NCBI GenBank assembly: GCA_964057225.1
Contig: OZ059895.1
Coordinates: 7,130,001 to 7,194,000 of the forward strand
Direction: 5' to 3'
Origin: Auanema rhodensis
Lineage: Eukaryota; Animalia; Nematoda
DNA length: 64,000 nucleotides
Below are positions 31,673 through 47,500 of this stretch, in pieces (position 1 is the first letter of the stretch; each line of letters starts with the position of its first letter). The position numbers and the translations under genes were made by a program. The notes below the pieces were generated by a model. That model made no database searches and had not been told where the DNA came from. It saw only the letters and a program-made list of their open reading frames with translations.

Positions 31673-33847
31673 CTATCGCTTTCTTGTGGTAATATTGGGA
31701 TGACTGGAATCAGGAAGAGAATCGGGATATACATATCGCGGACCCATCGTCTTCAGGATTTCATAAGCTTGTTTCAACAAGTAAACTCCTAAGTCAGCTT
31801 TTGTTGTATTATCCCATGTACGAGAACGGCCTTTCCATTCTCCACCTTTGATGTTAGTAAGATTTTGTAATCTTATGGCTTCGAAGAAAGCAGCTTCACG
31901 AACAAACGCCTCATCATCAGATATAGTATGACTGATCTCTAACAAGCCCACACCACGGCCCGATTTCCAAATAGCATTGATTTTTTGTAATTTAGCATTA
32001 GTTTCCTAAATTTTAATGTTAACTTGAGATAAGCTTAAGAAAATAACGTACAAGCTTCGGTGAGCTAATTTCCCGCATTTTCTTAGCGTCAATTAAATGA
32101 GCAAGAGGTCTAGCCTAAATGGTGAATAGGTCATATTATGTCATATAATACAACATTACTGACCTTAGTACCTTTCCCAATATAAAAAATTGCCTCGACA
32201 ACTTTACGAAGAGTTAGTTTCTCTACTTGTTCTAATATTCTTGGGTCTAGGAGCAAGTACACAAAAGCAGTAACTCCAAGGTGTTGAAATTCTCTACGGA
32301 TCTGAAAGATTTTCAAAGTTAAATTTTTATCAAGAAACTGTTTACCGAATCATCCAGCTGTTTTCCTTTCTTTTCGTCCATCTTTCCTTTGAATGCTAAT
32401 TCCAGCGGTCTTGAATAGGAGACACCTTGCACCTTTTCAACTTGATCAGCAACCATCAGAAGTTTTTTCTCATACAGATGACGAGTGCTGATAAATAGAC
32501 AAAGTAAGTAATGTTTACAAAGAAAATTTTACCTCGAACACACTGGTCCGGCATAGACGCCATGCTTCCTAAGTTCTGCACGCAATTCAGAATCCTTTAA
32601 CTTTTTAACTCGGAGCTTTTTTTCCTCGTCCAAATGTGTTGGTGTAATTGGTTCTGCGATTTTCAACTGAAAAATGTACCTATGAAAAGATTTAAGAAAT
32701 GAAGATACTTGAATTAATCTTTCTTCAAGTTCCAACAAATGGAAACTTTCGTCAGCTGTAAGATATGCTGAATTGTCCTCATTTGGAATATTTTTATCTG
32801 AACATAAATAAAGCAATGAAAAAAATGATTTTTAAATTGTTAAAACCTCTTGAAGTGCTTCGAGTTCTAGGTTTTGTTGTAGGAGTTAACGGCGGAGCAG
32901 AAGGTTTAGCTCTTAGATGCTTAGTAAATCGAGGGGTTACAGCATTAGTACAAGATGACTTTGAAGCTGAAGAGCTCGTCAATTCTTGAAACCTGGGAGA
33001 TTTACCCTTTGGTCTCCCCCTCTTGTCAGTGGATCTCGATTTCGGTTCCACAGCCGAAACCGCATCTACTGGCGTATGTTTACTTGTAGACCTGACAAGT
33101 TTATTCAACCGATTAACATCAGGATCGAATTCGGGCGTCTTAGAACGTTTCGAACGATAATGCTTTGGATTTGTTGGTGTCTCTAATATCTCTGGAGTTT
33201 TTGTACGCCGCCGTGGAGTCTTAATGGCAGGTGCATTCTTAGTTGTGTTGCCTATAGGTGATAGCTCAATTTTTTGACTTGATCTCTAAAATTATACAAT
33301 GAACGAAAGCATGTCAAATCTATAAACCTGACTATTCCTTCTACGTACAATCATACCAATAGACTGACGAACACGAGATTTAATATCAGCTAGAAAAGAT
33401 TTTCGTCGTCTTTGTTGATATTGTCCCTTATGACAAAAAAATAATTTTCGTAAAATACCACGTCTAGACCGCGGATCTTTTTCTATGTACCGTTGAAGAA
33501 ATCTAAAACAAAAGATAAGACCTCAAATTTATAATTTTTTTAACATTTTTGTTGTACCAGTAGCCAAATCAACGGCTGTTCTACCAAAATCATCTTTACA
33601 TAATGGATCTGCTCCATAATGAAGCAACAATTGGCAAACAGCAAGATTGTCATATGCAGCAGCAACATGTATCAAAGTTAACCCTTCATCACCACTACTT
33701 CGTGGATTTTCTCCTTTACCTGAAAGTTCAACTTTTATAAAAATAAAAATGAAAAAGCTTACCTAATCTAGACCGCACAGCTTCAAGAGCTGCAGCGGTT
33801 CTACTACAACACAGCAAGTGAAGATCAGGTTTTTTCACTTCTGTCAT
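31673..33847 (-). CDS. lem-3: ANKLE1 ankyrin-LEM-GIY-YIG nuclease
   Basis: Ankyrin GLTLIHVAAAYDNLAVCQLLLHYGADP; LEM domain LKDSELRAELRKHGVYAGPV; nuclease AFVYLLLDPR...IFYIGKG...EAFVREAA...LTN. Confidence 0.95.
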
Positions 33848-34097
33848 ACTTTCTTAACATAATTAATATATTAAAAAATACAATTGTAACAAATATTTTG
33901 ATATTGGCTAAAAACCTAATGAAGCTCTCGAACATAATATTAAAAAAAAAGATTTTCTTTGAGCATTTTGAAAATAAAAAAGCATCACAGGCAACAAATG
34001 CAGAATGGAAAACGATGGAATAGAAATTTGATGTTATGCTGTGGAGACCCAGTTCTTGACCACGTATGTGAAATAAATAAATTAAAGACTAGAAACA

Positions 34098-36696
34098 TTA
34101 AACACAAAGCTTGCAAATTGAAAATTGTTCAGGCAAATAGTCCCTGCAGGGGCACACACGGCTTATTGTGTTCATATGTTCAGATTTACTAGAGCAACTA
34201 AAGAGTTGTGCATTAGATTGAAGAGTACAGTTATATGGTGCATATACGCTGGAAACGGTGGCAGCCACTTCATCACAATTATTTTTACTAGAAACTTATA
34301 GTTCAGTTGACTAATTATAAATATCTGCAAACCTCTTTAAAACTTCAGCTTTATTGATCAAAGGGAAAAAAGCAGGTTCACAAATTAATTTTTCGGAATA
34401 GCATACATTCTCACATGACTCTCCTTGTCCACCTTTTCTTATCTGAAAACAAACCAACAAAATTACTTCAAGATTTCTGCTGAAGACCTCAAGAGCGTCA
34501 ATAGGAGGGTATGTACTTGTTGTTAAACACAGGTCTTCCTTATCTAAGAGAAGATTAATTCTTAAGAGCATCCCTTCTGTCGTGAATTCCATAGGAATAA
34601 AAGGCTCAGGCTAAAACATTTCCACATCTAAACTTGAATTCACGAGTTACCTCATTTCTTATAGCTTTCATGATGGCGTCTTTCAATTCATTGGTGTTCT
34701 GAATGTCCACTGTATAAGCATAAGGAGGACCAATTAATTCAAGATACGGACATTGACTTGTCCACTTAATAAGAAATTAATCAAAGTCAATAAAACAACA
34801 AACCTCGCGAGAGGTTGGTTTATCTGCAAAAAATTTAGTATTCCTTCGAGATTTTGGTGGGTTAAATCTCGGATTGATGAAAACAGCTCCATTGGCTATT
34901 GCTTCAAGCGGTGCAGGTCCTTGAATTATATAAACTTCAGATATATCTAACATATTTGCGTACCCTCGTAAGGAAAACCAATACCGACAAATATTTTCAC
35001 AGATTTCAATAGCGCATGTAAATCATCAGCAGATAGAAATCCGTGATTTACTACATCTCCAAAAGTATTAGTTTCATTGGGAAGTAAATGATCTAAGTCA
35101 GCAACTGTGGCATGAATCTTAATAAGACGATAGAAGTTAAATATAAAAAAGTGTCTTACTTCAGTTAAATCTTTCAGTGATTGGAGTGTGTTATCTATTC
35201 CAGTCCACATATATTTTTCCTTGCCATAAATGAGAACGGCATCTTTGTTTTTTCTGTCGAACAATGGCTTAACATCCCGAGTTTCAACAATAAACCTTTA
35301 AAAAGATATTTTTAAATATGCAAAACAAAAACTATTTTAAAATACCCAAGAAAGGAATTATCAGGTGTATGAGGGAAAAATGTCCAATACTGTTTTAGCT
35401 TAAATCCATGACCACCCCATGGATTCATTCCCCCTGAAAACCAACATGTACCCTTTTCAAAATAACCTAACTATGCAACCTCCTAATTCTTTACGATGTT
35501 GTGAGAAATAACTTTTGGTGTTGAATTCTACATGAGTGCCAAAACTATCTATCAATCTGATTTTGCATCTGAACATAAAGGAAAGCTGAATAATTTAGAT
35601 GTGAAACTTACGAATTTTCCCGTATAAATGGTTTATATTTATTAGGAATCGATCTGAGACCCATAATATCAGTGAAAATCAAATCAATTTTTCCATCAGA
35701 TGTTGCACATGGGGGCTGAGATATGAAACTGTCCAAATTTCTAAAGTATAGGCACCAAAATAAATTTAAATTTACCATACTTACTTAATAAGCTGGGTCT
35801 TTTCCGTAGAAACAAAAAGTCGGTGACCCAGCTTGTATAATGAAGCAATTAAATCTGACCACTGGACCAGTTCTCCTAGAGGACCTCCCTTTCGTGACTT
35901 TTCTCCGAAGTGCAGTTTTTTATCAGTCATAAGAAACCCAAGATGAAGAATAATCTGCGATCTGCGTAATTTAAGAATAGAGTTTAAAAACTCACATTTT
36001 TTCTTTTCCTGGAATTAAAGAGTCGAGGATATTTGGATGAAGTTTGTTTGAATCCTTCTTGCCATAAAGGCCATAAACGACTTACTCTCTCCTTTATAAA
36101 GTCATAATTAACAAGATTATCAGTGAGATTACCAAAGAGCATGTCTAACTTTTCCATTGGCTAAAATATATATTTGAGCTACAGTAATCATTGATGAGAT
36201 ACTTTTGCATATATAACAGAACTTGGTTTAGAGGCTGACAACGGAGGACAAAAGTCTTCAACAGTAGAAAGATAAGATCGAATCGAACATGCTGAGCCAT
36301 CAACACCGTAATCACTGTAGCAACTGTGAGATTGCCAATGTTGCGACATCCAGGTAAATTTCGATCGGCAACTAGGATAATTGATATAAACATCTTCAGG
36401 GAAAGTTTCGCATTGGTTATCATCATAAGTGAAATTAGGAACTACTGAATCATAAAGAATATTTCATAAATTGGACAGGTTGAGAGCCTACCTTTCCCTT
36501 TGCTGTTATGTGACAGTTTCGCCTTGTTCTGCGACTGATATAGATCCTAAAGAATTAATATGATGTCCGTTATTTAGACACATGATAAGTTAGAACACAC
36601 CACATCATTACTTAATCTGTTATACAATATAAGAATAGGAATGATAGTTATTATAACAACACCAATTAGTAGGTGAAGTGCTTTAATAGATCCCAT
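34098..36696 (-). CDS. gly-2: Alpha-1,6-mannosylglycoprotein 6-beta-N-acetylglucosaminyltransferase (MGAT5/GnT-V)
   Basis: Type II signal anchor MGSIKALHLLIGVVIITIIPILIL; GGPLGELVQWSDL; FFPHTPDNSFLGF; GFPYEGPAPLEAIA; C-terminal RVCPCRDY...CKLCV*. Confidence 0.95.
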
Positions 36697-37314
36697 TCTA
36701 ACATTATGACTCCAAACTGAAAGAAAGCAGCAATAACTAAAATGTAGTTTTTAGTGATAATTAAAATATTAGTGCTAAAGCGAAATAACAAGAGAATAAA
36801 AATTGAAATAGGCTTATGTTTAGTAAAATGAAGCATTAATAGAATAGTAACTAAAGCCAAGCATAGTTTTTCAAGCTTGTTCGTATGCTCAATACTTACA
36901 CATTTAAATTGTTTCATATATCTTGTCTGTCATATCTACACTCTTTGATTATTTAGTTTTAACAGAAATACTTGAATCTTGCTAAGCTTTGTGTTTGCGT
37001 TATTTGTAAATTCAAACATTTGAATATTTTCAAGGTTAACATAGATCGTGTCAGGACTATTTCCTCTATTTGACTATCTTGGCACATGGCCAATAATCAA
37101 TGGGACAGATATTCAGCAATCATTTACATATTCTAATTAGCTGTGCATGGTCTTTGCATCTGCTCACCCAGCAACAAGCTTAATCTTTAGCGTTATTATT
37201 TGTTATGTATTTTTTTTGGAACATTGTCGTATCAATCTTTCTAATTTTTATTTGCAGAATTATGTATATAAGTTCTTAGAAACTGGAAAAAGGTTTCTTA
37301 TAATAATTCGCATA

Positions 37315-39722
<2,408 letters not shown>

Positions 39723-40131
39723 TCATTTCGCAAGTTTTTAAGGTTTATAATGTGTTATTTGTAAATATTTGATATCATATTTAATACCTCATCCATGTCT
39801 TAAGATAATATTTTGCGCATCATTTAACTCCAAAGCTTTCCAGTTTGCACTTTAATGGTATTAATATCAGTTTTATATTACATGTATCTAGAAAACTCTT
39901 CAGTTTCCTCATGCTAAGTAGTCTGTTTGAATGAAATTCTGTATAATGTTGTTTTAGATTTCGCTCAATGCCACATATTCACGTTGTGCCCTTTTGTTGG
40001 TGGTCCTACAATAATAAAATATTTTCATTATTTGTATGTATGTCTAGGATTTTTATTCCAGTTTGTTCTGGATTCATATTGTTCCATGTTTTGGATTCAT
40101 TTGTTCAGCTGAGTTTCTTGTCAGATTATCA

Positions 40132-42727
40132 ATGGGTGACATAGAGGATGGATTCGATGTATCAAACATCGGTACAGCCCAAAATGGTGAAGTTCAAATC
40201 AAGATTAGGTACAAATATCTATCTTGTAGTAAAATTTTGTTAAAAACGCGTATTAAGAATGAGGAAAGATAGAAAAGATAAAGGACAACTTGATTCGTTT
40301 GTTCCTGGAACCACTCCAATTTTTGTTAAAACATGGGGCTGTTCTCACAATTCAAGTGATAGTGAATATATGGCTGGCATATTAGCTAAAGTGTGTATAG
40401 TTAAGTCTCAGCTGGGCGATTTTTATTATTTGTAGGCGGGATATCCAATTGTGACTGATCAAGAAGAAGCCAGTTTGTGGGTTCTAAATAGTTGTACTGT
40501 TAAGACACCGTCAGAGACTCAAGTATTGTCAATCTTATAAACTGGTGATGTTTCTTTTTTTCTCAGGCTAGTAATTTTGTTCAAGCTGCTCAAGACAAGG
40601 GTAAATATATTGTTATGGCCGGTTGTGTATCACAAGCTGCACCTTCTGAGCCTTGGCTGAAAGGAGTATCTATTATTGGTGTTAAACAAATTGATCGAGT
40701 TGTTGAAGTAGTAGAGGAAACACTTAAGGGAAATTGTGGTAAGTTTGCTCGGCTTTACTTCTATTTTCATTAAAATGTTCACAGTTCGTCTATTGTCTAG
40801 AAAAAGACCTGATGCGGGCTTATCTTTACCGAAAATGAGGAAAAATGATCTTGTTGAGGTATATTATTGTTTTGATTCATTTGTAACCAGTTTTTCGAAA
40901 TTAGGTCTTGGCTATAAATACAGGTTGTCTCAACAATTGTACATACTGTAAGACTAAGCTAGCAAGGGGTGATTTAAAAAGTTACTCTCTTGAGGATCTT
41001 GTAGATCAGGTAAGATATATTTTTCGTGATTTTTTACAATTATATTGAGTTTCATAGGCAAAAACTGCCTTTGAACGTGATGGGGTGAAGGAATTGTGGT
41101 TGACGTCAGAAGATCTTGGAGCATGGGGTCGCGATTTTGACATGGTATTAGTTTTTTCGCTATTTTGTAATATATGTTGTTTAGGTGTTACCTGATCTTC
41201 TTAGTGAGTTAGTGAAGGTTATCCCAGAAGATTGCATGATGAGGCTGGGAATGACGAATCCGCCATATATTCTCGACTATCTTGAGGTAAATTTAAGAAA
41301 AAAATTTTTTTGAGATAAGGTTATAAAATTGTTTGTTGCAACAGGTTTTCAGTCTAATTTTTTCCTTATTTTAAACGTTGCTGAATAAACAAAACTGTTA
41401 TTCACTCAATTTATCAAATCTCCGGTTCATTATTTATACTCTCAAACAGACGTCATGATCTCGAAGATGCTTTTGTGCCGAAGTTGCCTCTCCTCTGTTC
41501 TCTATTTTTCTTCCTTTTCCACCTTGTATCCTTGTCGGAGAATTCCCTTCATAAGTTTCAGTGCGCGAGAAAGAGGGAGAGGGCGAGAGGAGGTTTGTAT
41601 GTTTGAGTATATCAGAAAACGTTAAAACCAGTAGCGTCTTTGCAAAATCATTAGATAACGTGATGTTTATTGCAGGAAATCGCGGAAATCCTCAATCACC
41701 CTCGTGTTTATTCTTTTTTACATATACCTGTTCAAGCTGCTAGCGACGCAGTTTTGAGAGACATGAAAAGAGAATATACTTGTGACGAATTCTGTAGAAT
41801 AATGGATTTTATGCTTCAAAAGTAAGTTAAATTTGAGCTCTCCTGCTGCAATATGTATCTTCCTGCCATGCGGGTGTTGAAAATGTTTTCGTACCTTCAA
41901 CAACTTGATACATGTGTGCGTGCAGATCAGCTGTTCATTTTTTAGACTTGCTTTACTTGAATACTACTAGAAAATCAACAGAAAAATATAAAATGTTCTA
42001 GGGTACCAGACATATATATAGCCACTGACTTCATATGTGCTTTTCCCACGGAATCTGTTGAAGATTTTGAAGAAAGCATGGATCTTGTACGAAAATATCG
42101 ATTCCCATCTTTATTTATTAATCAATACTACCCTCGACAAGGTACCCCGGCTGCTCGCTTGAAAAAAGTCAGTTTCATGAATCTTATTTTAAATAAATCA
42201 AAATTATGTTATTTTTCATTTAGATCGACTCCATAGAGGCCAAGAGGCGAACAAATGCTATGTCAGCTTTATTCAAGGAGTATTCTCGTTATGGACCTGA
42301 GAGAATAGGGGAGATACACGATGTTTTATGTTGTGAAGTAGCTTCAGGTTCTTTACGCTTGGGATTTTAATCCAATATTTTTTATTTTTCAGATGGTCAG
42401 CATGCTGTGGGACACAACAAGAGCTATGAGCACATGTTGGTGCCAAAGAGTGAAGGAATATTAGGTTCTTGGGTTCGAGTCCGCGTGACAGATGTCAGCA
42501 AGTTCCATATGAAAACAGAAATTGTAGAGACAGGCATACGTAAATCTACTGAGAGTGTTAAAAAATTGCATGAGACTACAAACACACATAATAAGGACAA
42601 AATTACGAATAGCTCTCAATCCACTGCTTTTTCATTATCTGAGCACTCGTATACTCTAGCTTTGCTAACTTTTCTGTTGGGCGTGTTAACGTTGCTCTCT
42701 TACAGAGTGTTTGAATTATTATTTTAA
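40132..42727 (+). CDS. CDKAL1: CDKAL1 tRNA methylthiotransferase
   Basis: [24 protein letters not shown], radical-SAM [15 protein letters not shown] domain and a C-terminal TM anchor. Confidence 0.96.
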
Positions 42728-44563
42728 CTGTTTTCATTTCTCGTTATGTATCTGACAAGCAAATGTAAGAAAGATGGGGTAAAGCCAACAAAGCTATATT
42801 TCTATCTGTGTGCGCAGAATCGCCTGAAACTTCGTCTTGATGCACTCTTTGTTATGTTACTTGTTGAATTTTCTTGTTTTGATCACCATTCTGTTAGTTT
42901 GTATGGATAAAAATCTATAAAGAGTTCATTTATGTGATTTATTTTCTATCGGTCCAAGCCAAGATTTTCGAAAATCTTACCATTTTTTTTGTAGTTGAAA
43001 AGAAGTAAATGATTTTATAACTAACCTTTTTTTCATGTTTATGCTTTTTGACAATGTTTTTCGTTCCAGTTTAACCTTTTTTAAAACTTTAAGTTTAAGT
43101 TAAATTATAAGGAAATTCTGATATTTTCGCCCTCATTTTTCTTTTATTTTGCACTTCTACTTTTCTGATCTACACAAGCAAAGCCTCTTTCTCAAAAATA
43201 TTTCAATATTTCCTCCTCATATTGTGTATTCTGATCATTTTTCAAATGAAAAATATTTCATATCCTTACCATTTGTCCAGCATGCGAATATCTCGCTAAG
43301 CATTTTTCTGCCATAACTGACTTTTTCAGAGCCTTTACTAGCAAATGCTAGCCACTTTCAGCTGTCGATATTTAGAAGCCTTTATCTTTCTCTCTTTCAC
43401 TATATAGCGTTCTGTGCTCTGTCCTCACTTCTACTGCTTTCTCGTCCCATATAGCCGCGGGGTACTTTAAGCGTTGCGCTCTGGTGGTGGTGGCCGTTGT
43501 GTGTGTGGAAGAGATGGCTGAGGAGGAAGACGAGTGAGACAAGGAGGTGTGTCTGCAGAGTGCGACAACGTCGACATTAAGAAGAGGGACAGAAAAACGA
43601 AAAGAAAGTGAAGAAACGAAGAGATATTGAGAGTGAAAGAGAAAGAGAGGCTGGGCGGCCGTTGTCTGGCGCTCACCAGGCCTACTAGACCTAGAGATGC
43701 AGAGTCCCCGCCAGCCAGCCAGCCCAACCCCATCACCATCAGCACCCTTTCTGTCCGTTGTCCGGTCGTGAAGCTATTTTCTAAGAATCCTTACAGGTTC
43801 AGTTATATTTTCTGCATCTTTTTACAATAGTGTTCTGTTTTCTTATTTATTTAAACACAAAACGGTCTTCAATAACTACTAACTCAAACCTGTTGAGTTA
43901 TAATTCACTATCTTTTTTCCTTCTCTTATCTTTTGAGCGCCAAACCACTTCTCAGTCCCTCAAGTAGAAACGAATCACTGTTAACCCGCTATCGACACTA
44001 CCTTACTTCTCGTTCATATTCTTTTGCAGTTTCATGTATATCTTCATTTATGTGATGTTTTAAAAATCACGTTAGCTATTTCTTATTTTCCTCTATAACT
44101 CAATCCTATATAAATCTGACTATATCTCTTTATTTCTCCGTTTCGCGCACCCTGTGCTGACGAACCGTATACATTATAATAAATGAAGCAGGTTTTTCAA
44201 GTTTTCATGTGTTCCAATTGAGCGTGTTGTGTTGCAACCTATTCCCCTAAGCCATCAGCTATCAGCACCATATTTTATGCCTTCTCTTTTTCTTCTGTTG
44301 TATGTTATTCGTTTTGATTTGTGTATCTGATCTCTTTCTATCTGAAAACACGTTTATTTCACTTACCCGACCGTACGAAAGTGCAATGCAATTGTTTTCA
44401 GTGCGACGGTATCAGTACTATTGTCTACTTTATTCTCCAATAATCACCAACGGTAAGCTTTGTATTATGAACGTTGTCCGAGCGCTTTATGGCGACCAAC
44501 TTTCTCTTCAGACGTTTTCTCATTCATATTATTTTTATTCAACAATTCTAGGTCTTTGGCCGA

Positions 44564-47500
44564 ATGGTGAGCGTAGCTCCATGGAAGGCACATACGGGTG
44601 TCGTTCCACGTCAACGTGACGCTGACGGATATCGCATACGCGCTGCAGGCGTTTGCATCAAAGGTAAGACACTTGATAAATTAGCTTTCTCCTTTTCACT
44701 TATTCATCTTTATTAGTATGGCTGATTTTTTAATTTTTAACTCACTATTTCCCAATAGCTAGATAATCTCTATTCCTTCCATTCTACCTGTTAATTGGCT
44801 ATCGCGATTTCGCCAGTGGTAGATATAGGTTTTAGGACTGACGTCATTATTTTCAATTTGCCTAATCAAAGTGCGATGTTCATTTCTGATGATTCTATGT
44901 TGCGAAAAAATTAAATTAGTTTAAATTTTCATTTTGGTTCCTAAAGCCACTCAATACTTTGAACAGAAATGAGATTATGATGTTTTGTGATCTATAACGG
45001 AATAAGAAGCATCGGGTTATCTTTTTATCAGAAATTGATCAATTCTTCAAATGAACTGTTTTGATACACTCTAGTGAATGTTATTGTGAAGATTATCAAC
45101 TTTCAATTTTAAATGTAGAATTTTCAAACTGTGAAACATATAATAATGATTTATGTTGTTTTGCGCGACTCATTCAACGTGCTAGGAAATATTTATTAAT
45201 TTCTAATTGATCTCCTTGCCATGGGTTTATAAATAAATATTTGAAAGCGTTTTCGCATGAAGCTATTGCTCTGAACCCAATAACTTTTGCACTGTTGCTA
45301 TTGTACTTTGTCAACTTGCCCAATCATATTTCTGGGACAGTAATATATTTTGCTTATTTATTTAGTAATTTTACTTTCAATTGTTCTTAGACTAATTTAT
45401 TAAATCAGCTGACATGTCCTGGAATTGGCCTAGTGCCAACAAGAGCATCATCTTTACTCGTATGTCTCTTTCTTTTCGTGTAGTCTTCGTGCTCTCTATC
45501 TTTTCTCGTCATTTGCTCTGTCTTTTCTCGTCTCATCTTTTTTATTGTCGTATTTTTGTCAAAGGGCGTAAATAGACTGCTGCTGTCTTGTGGAGGTTTG
45601 TTTGTTTGACTGGATGGGCAAGAATCATTCGTTCCATTCAACTTCATATAAGGATAAGTAAATTGCTACTGCCCTTGCTTTAGTCCTGTTTGAGGATTAA
45701 TGTTGTCCTAAATGTTATATTTTCTTCTCATAATGTTCAAAGTGTACGAATTGGTAGTTTATTGTGATCAATGTTTTCTTGAAGATTTCGTTTTCTTTCT
45801 CCACGATATGTATCTCATTATCTAATTCTTATTTCTCTATACTAACGAGAGAGAATAAAAGATGTGTATATGTGATGATAGAAATGAAGCCGAACATGAG
45901 AAGCTTTCAAGACTGGTTTGCCATGCTGCAAGTGGCAAAGATAGCAGTTGTTCTCTTGTCAGAAATAAGAAATGTCGCTTTCTCTCAAGCTAATTTCTTT
46001 TCATCACGTGGTCTTAGTCTCGGCCTTACGGACATCATAGAAGGAAACATTTTGTCTATATGTTGATCAAATAAGTTTTCTTTTCACATTTATATAAGAT
46101 TAGCAGCGCTTTCATAGCAAAGTAATCGATATCAATAAGCAATATTCGTAGATATTCAATCTTTATGCTTTTTATGTTCAAATATGGTTTTAGCCTGCAA
46201 GATGCATCAAATATACTAGTTTGAGATGCATGTTTGACTTTACATGTATTATCAAATTAAAAAAGCGGAATTGCTACTCGCCTGTGTTTTCTGCCTTCAA
46301 ACTTTTTGTCGTTTGAGCAGCTAACCATTGTTGACCAACGTCTTCCAATATAGCTTTGGAGCATTCCATCTTTAGTCTTTTCACAATTTTTTTTCATGCA
46401 GCTTGAAGCATAAAATAATTGAAATGATCTTGGAAGTGATCTAAAACGGAAACAGTTAAAATCCGTCGTGTTACATTTTCTAGCTCTTATTGCGATCATT
46501 TTACACGATTCGGGCTATATGAATTATATTCTAGCCTTTGCCAGTTCAAATAATCATTCTTTAGTCGTTTAAAGGTCATGGTTGCAACGCACGGACGTGT
46601 CTCTTTCTAAAAAGTTCTGTAAAATGAAGTCGGAAGTTTTTTTTCCAGACTTTCCTAATTGTTTTTCTTGCAAGATCGAACCTAATTCGTTTTTCTGATT
46701 TCTTGAACTATGACACTCCTCGTCCATGATCGCTCTGCCAAACTATATCTTCTCACGTAAAATTGCTGTGAGTTTTTCCTAGATCTGTTCAAAATTTTGA
46801 GAGAGGTTGAGAAATGAAAAGTTGAAGATTGCCGTTTTCTGCACCTGGCTTGTTCCTGTCGCAGACAAATTCGCAAGTGTCGTTGACGTAAAGATGATAA
46901 AATTGACAATAGATAGCTAATGATGTCGTCAAAAACGAAAATATTCAGGGCGAAGGGTTTGAACAGAACATCGTTATTATGAAAACAATCTGTTCGATAG
47001 CTATATAGGTATTTCTTTAAGCACAATGTGCTAGAATTAATTTTAAAAATATCTCTTTTCAAAAAAATTTCAACAAAATTGAAAAAAATCAAGATTTTTT
47101 TTTTGTTTCTAGTTTTTAATGTTCAGGCTAATCACAATTGTTTTGGTGTTATTGCTTTAAAAAGATAATAAAAGGAACACAATGTGTTTCACCCGCTTTT
47201 TATAGTTAGACTCGTGATATATGTTGTGAAAATCTATGAAGTGAAGAACAAAAGTTTCTATTTTAAGAAGAAGTCATATCTTTACTTCTCTGTCCTTTTG
47301 TTATCTGTATCTGTTTCATTATTTCTTATACTCTTTCGTTCTTTTCATCCTTCATTCTCAATTTCTCTTTTTCTCTCGTGAACAAATTATCTTGTCTTGG
47401 TCTCTTATAAATACTAGTGACGTATATACATAATCTTTTTTTACCGCAATCTCTGTCAGATTATTGGTTTTATACATCACATGCTCTCTGAATCTTTATA

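Larger units (their letters stand above)
28751..36696 (-). other. Predicted operon gly-2, lem-3, TTC14, cmt-1
   Basis: Same strand; stop-to-start gaps of ~250, ~365 and ~167 nt; acceptor-like AGs just before the ATGs. Confidence 0.65.

Noticed and set aside
40060-40108. Short tandem duplication (TGTT.TGGATTCAT.TTGTTC x2) upstream of CDKAL1
   Set aside because: Two degenerate copies only; likely a local slippage event.
43440-43760. GC/GA-rich ORFs upstream of the Nudix gene
   Set aside because: Composition fits promoter/outron sequence; the translations resemble no family and lack supporting splice structure.
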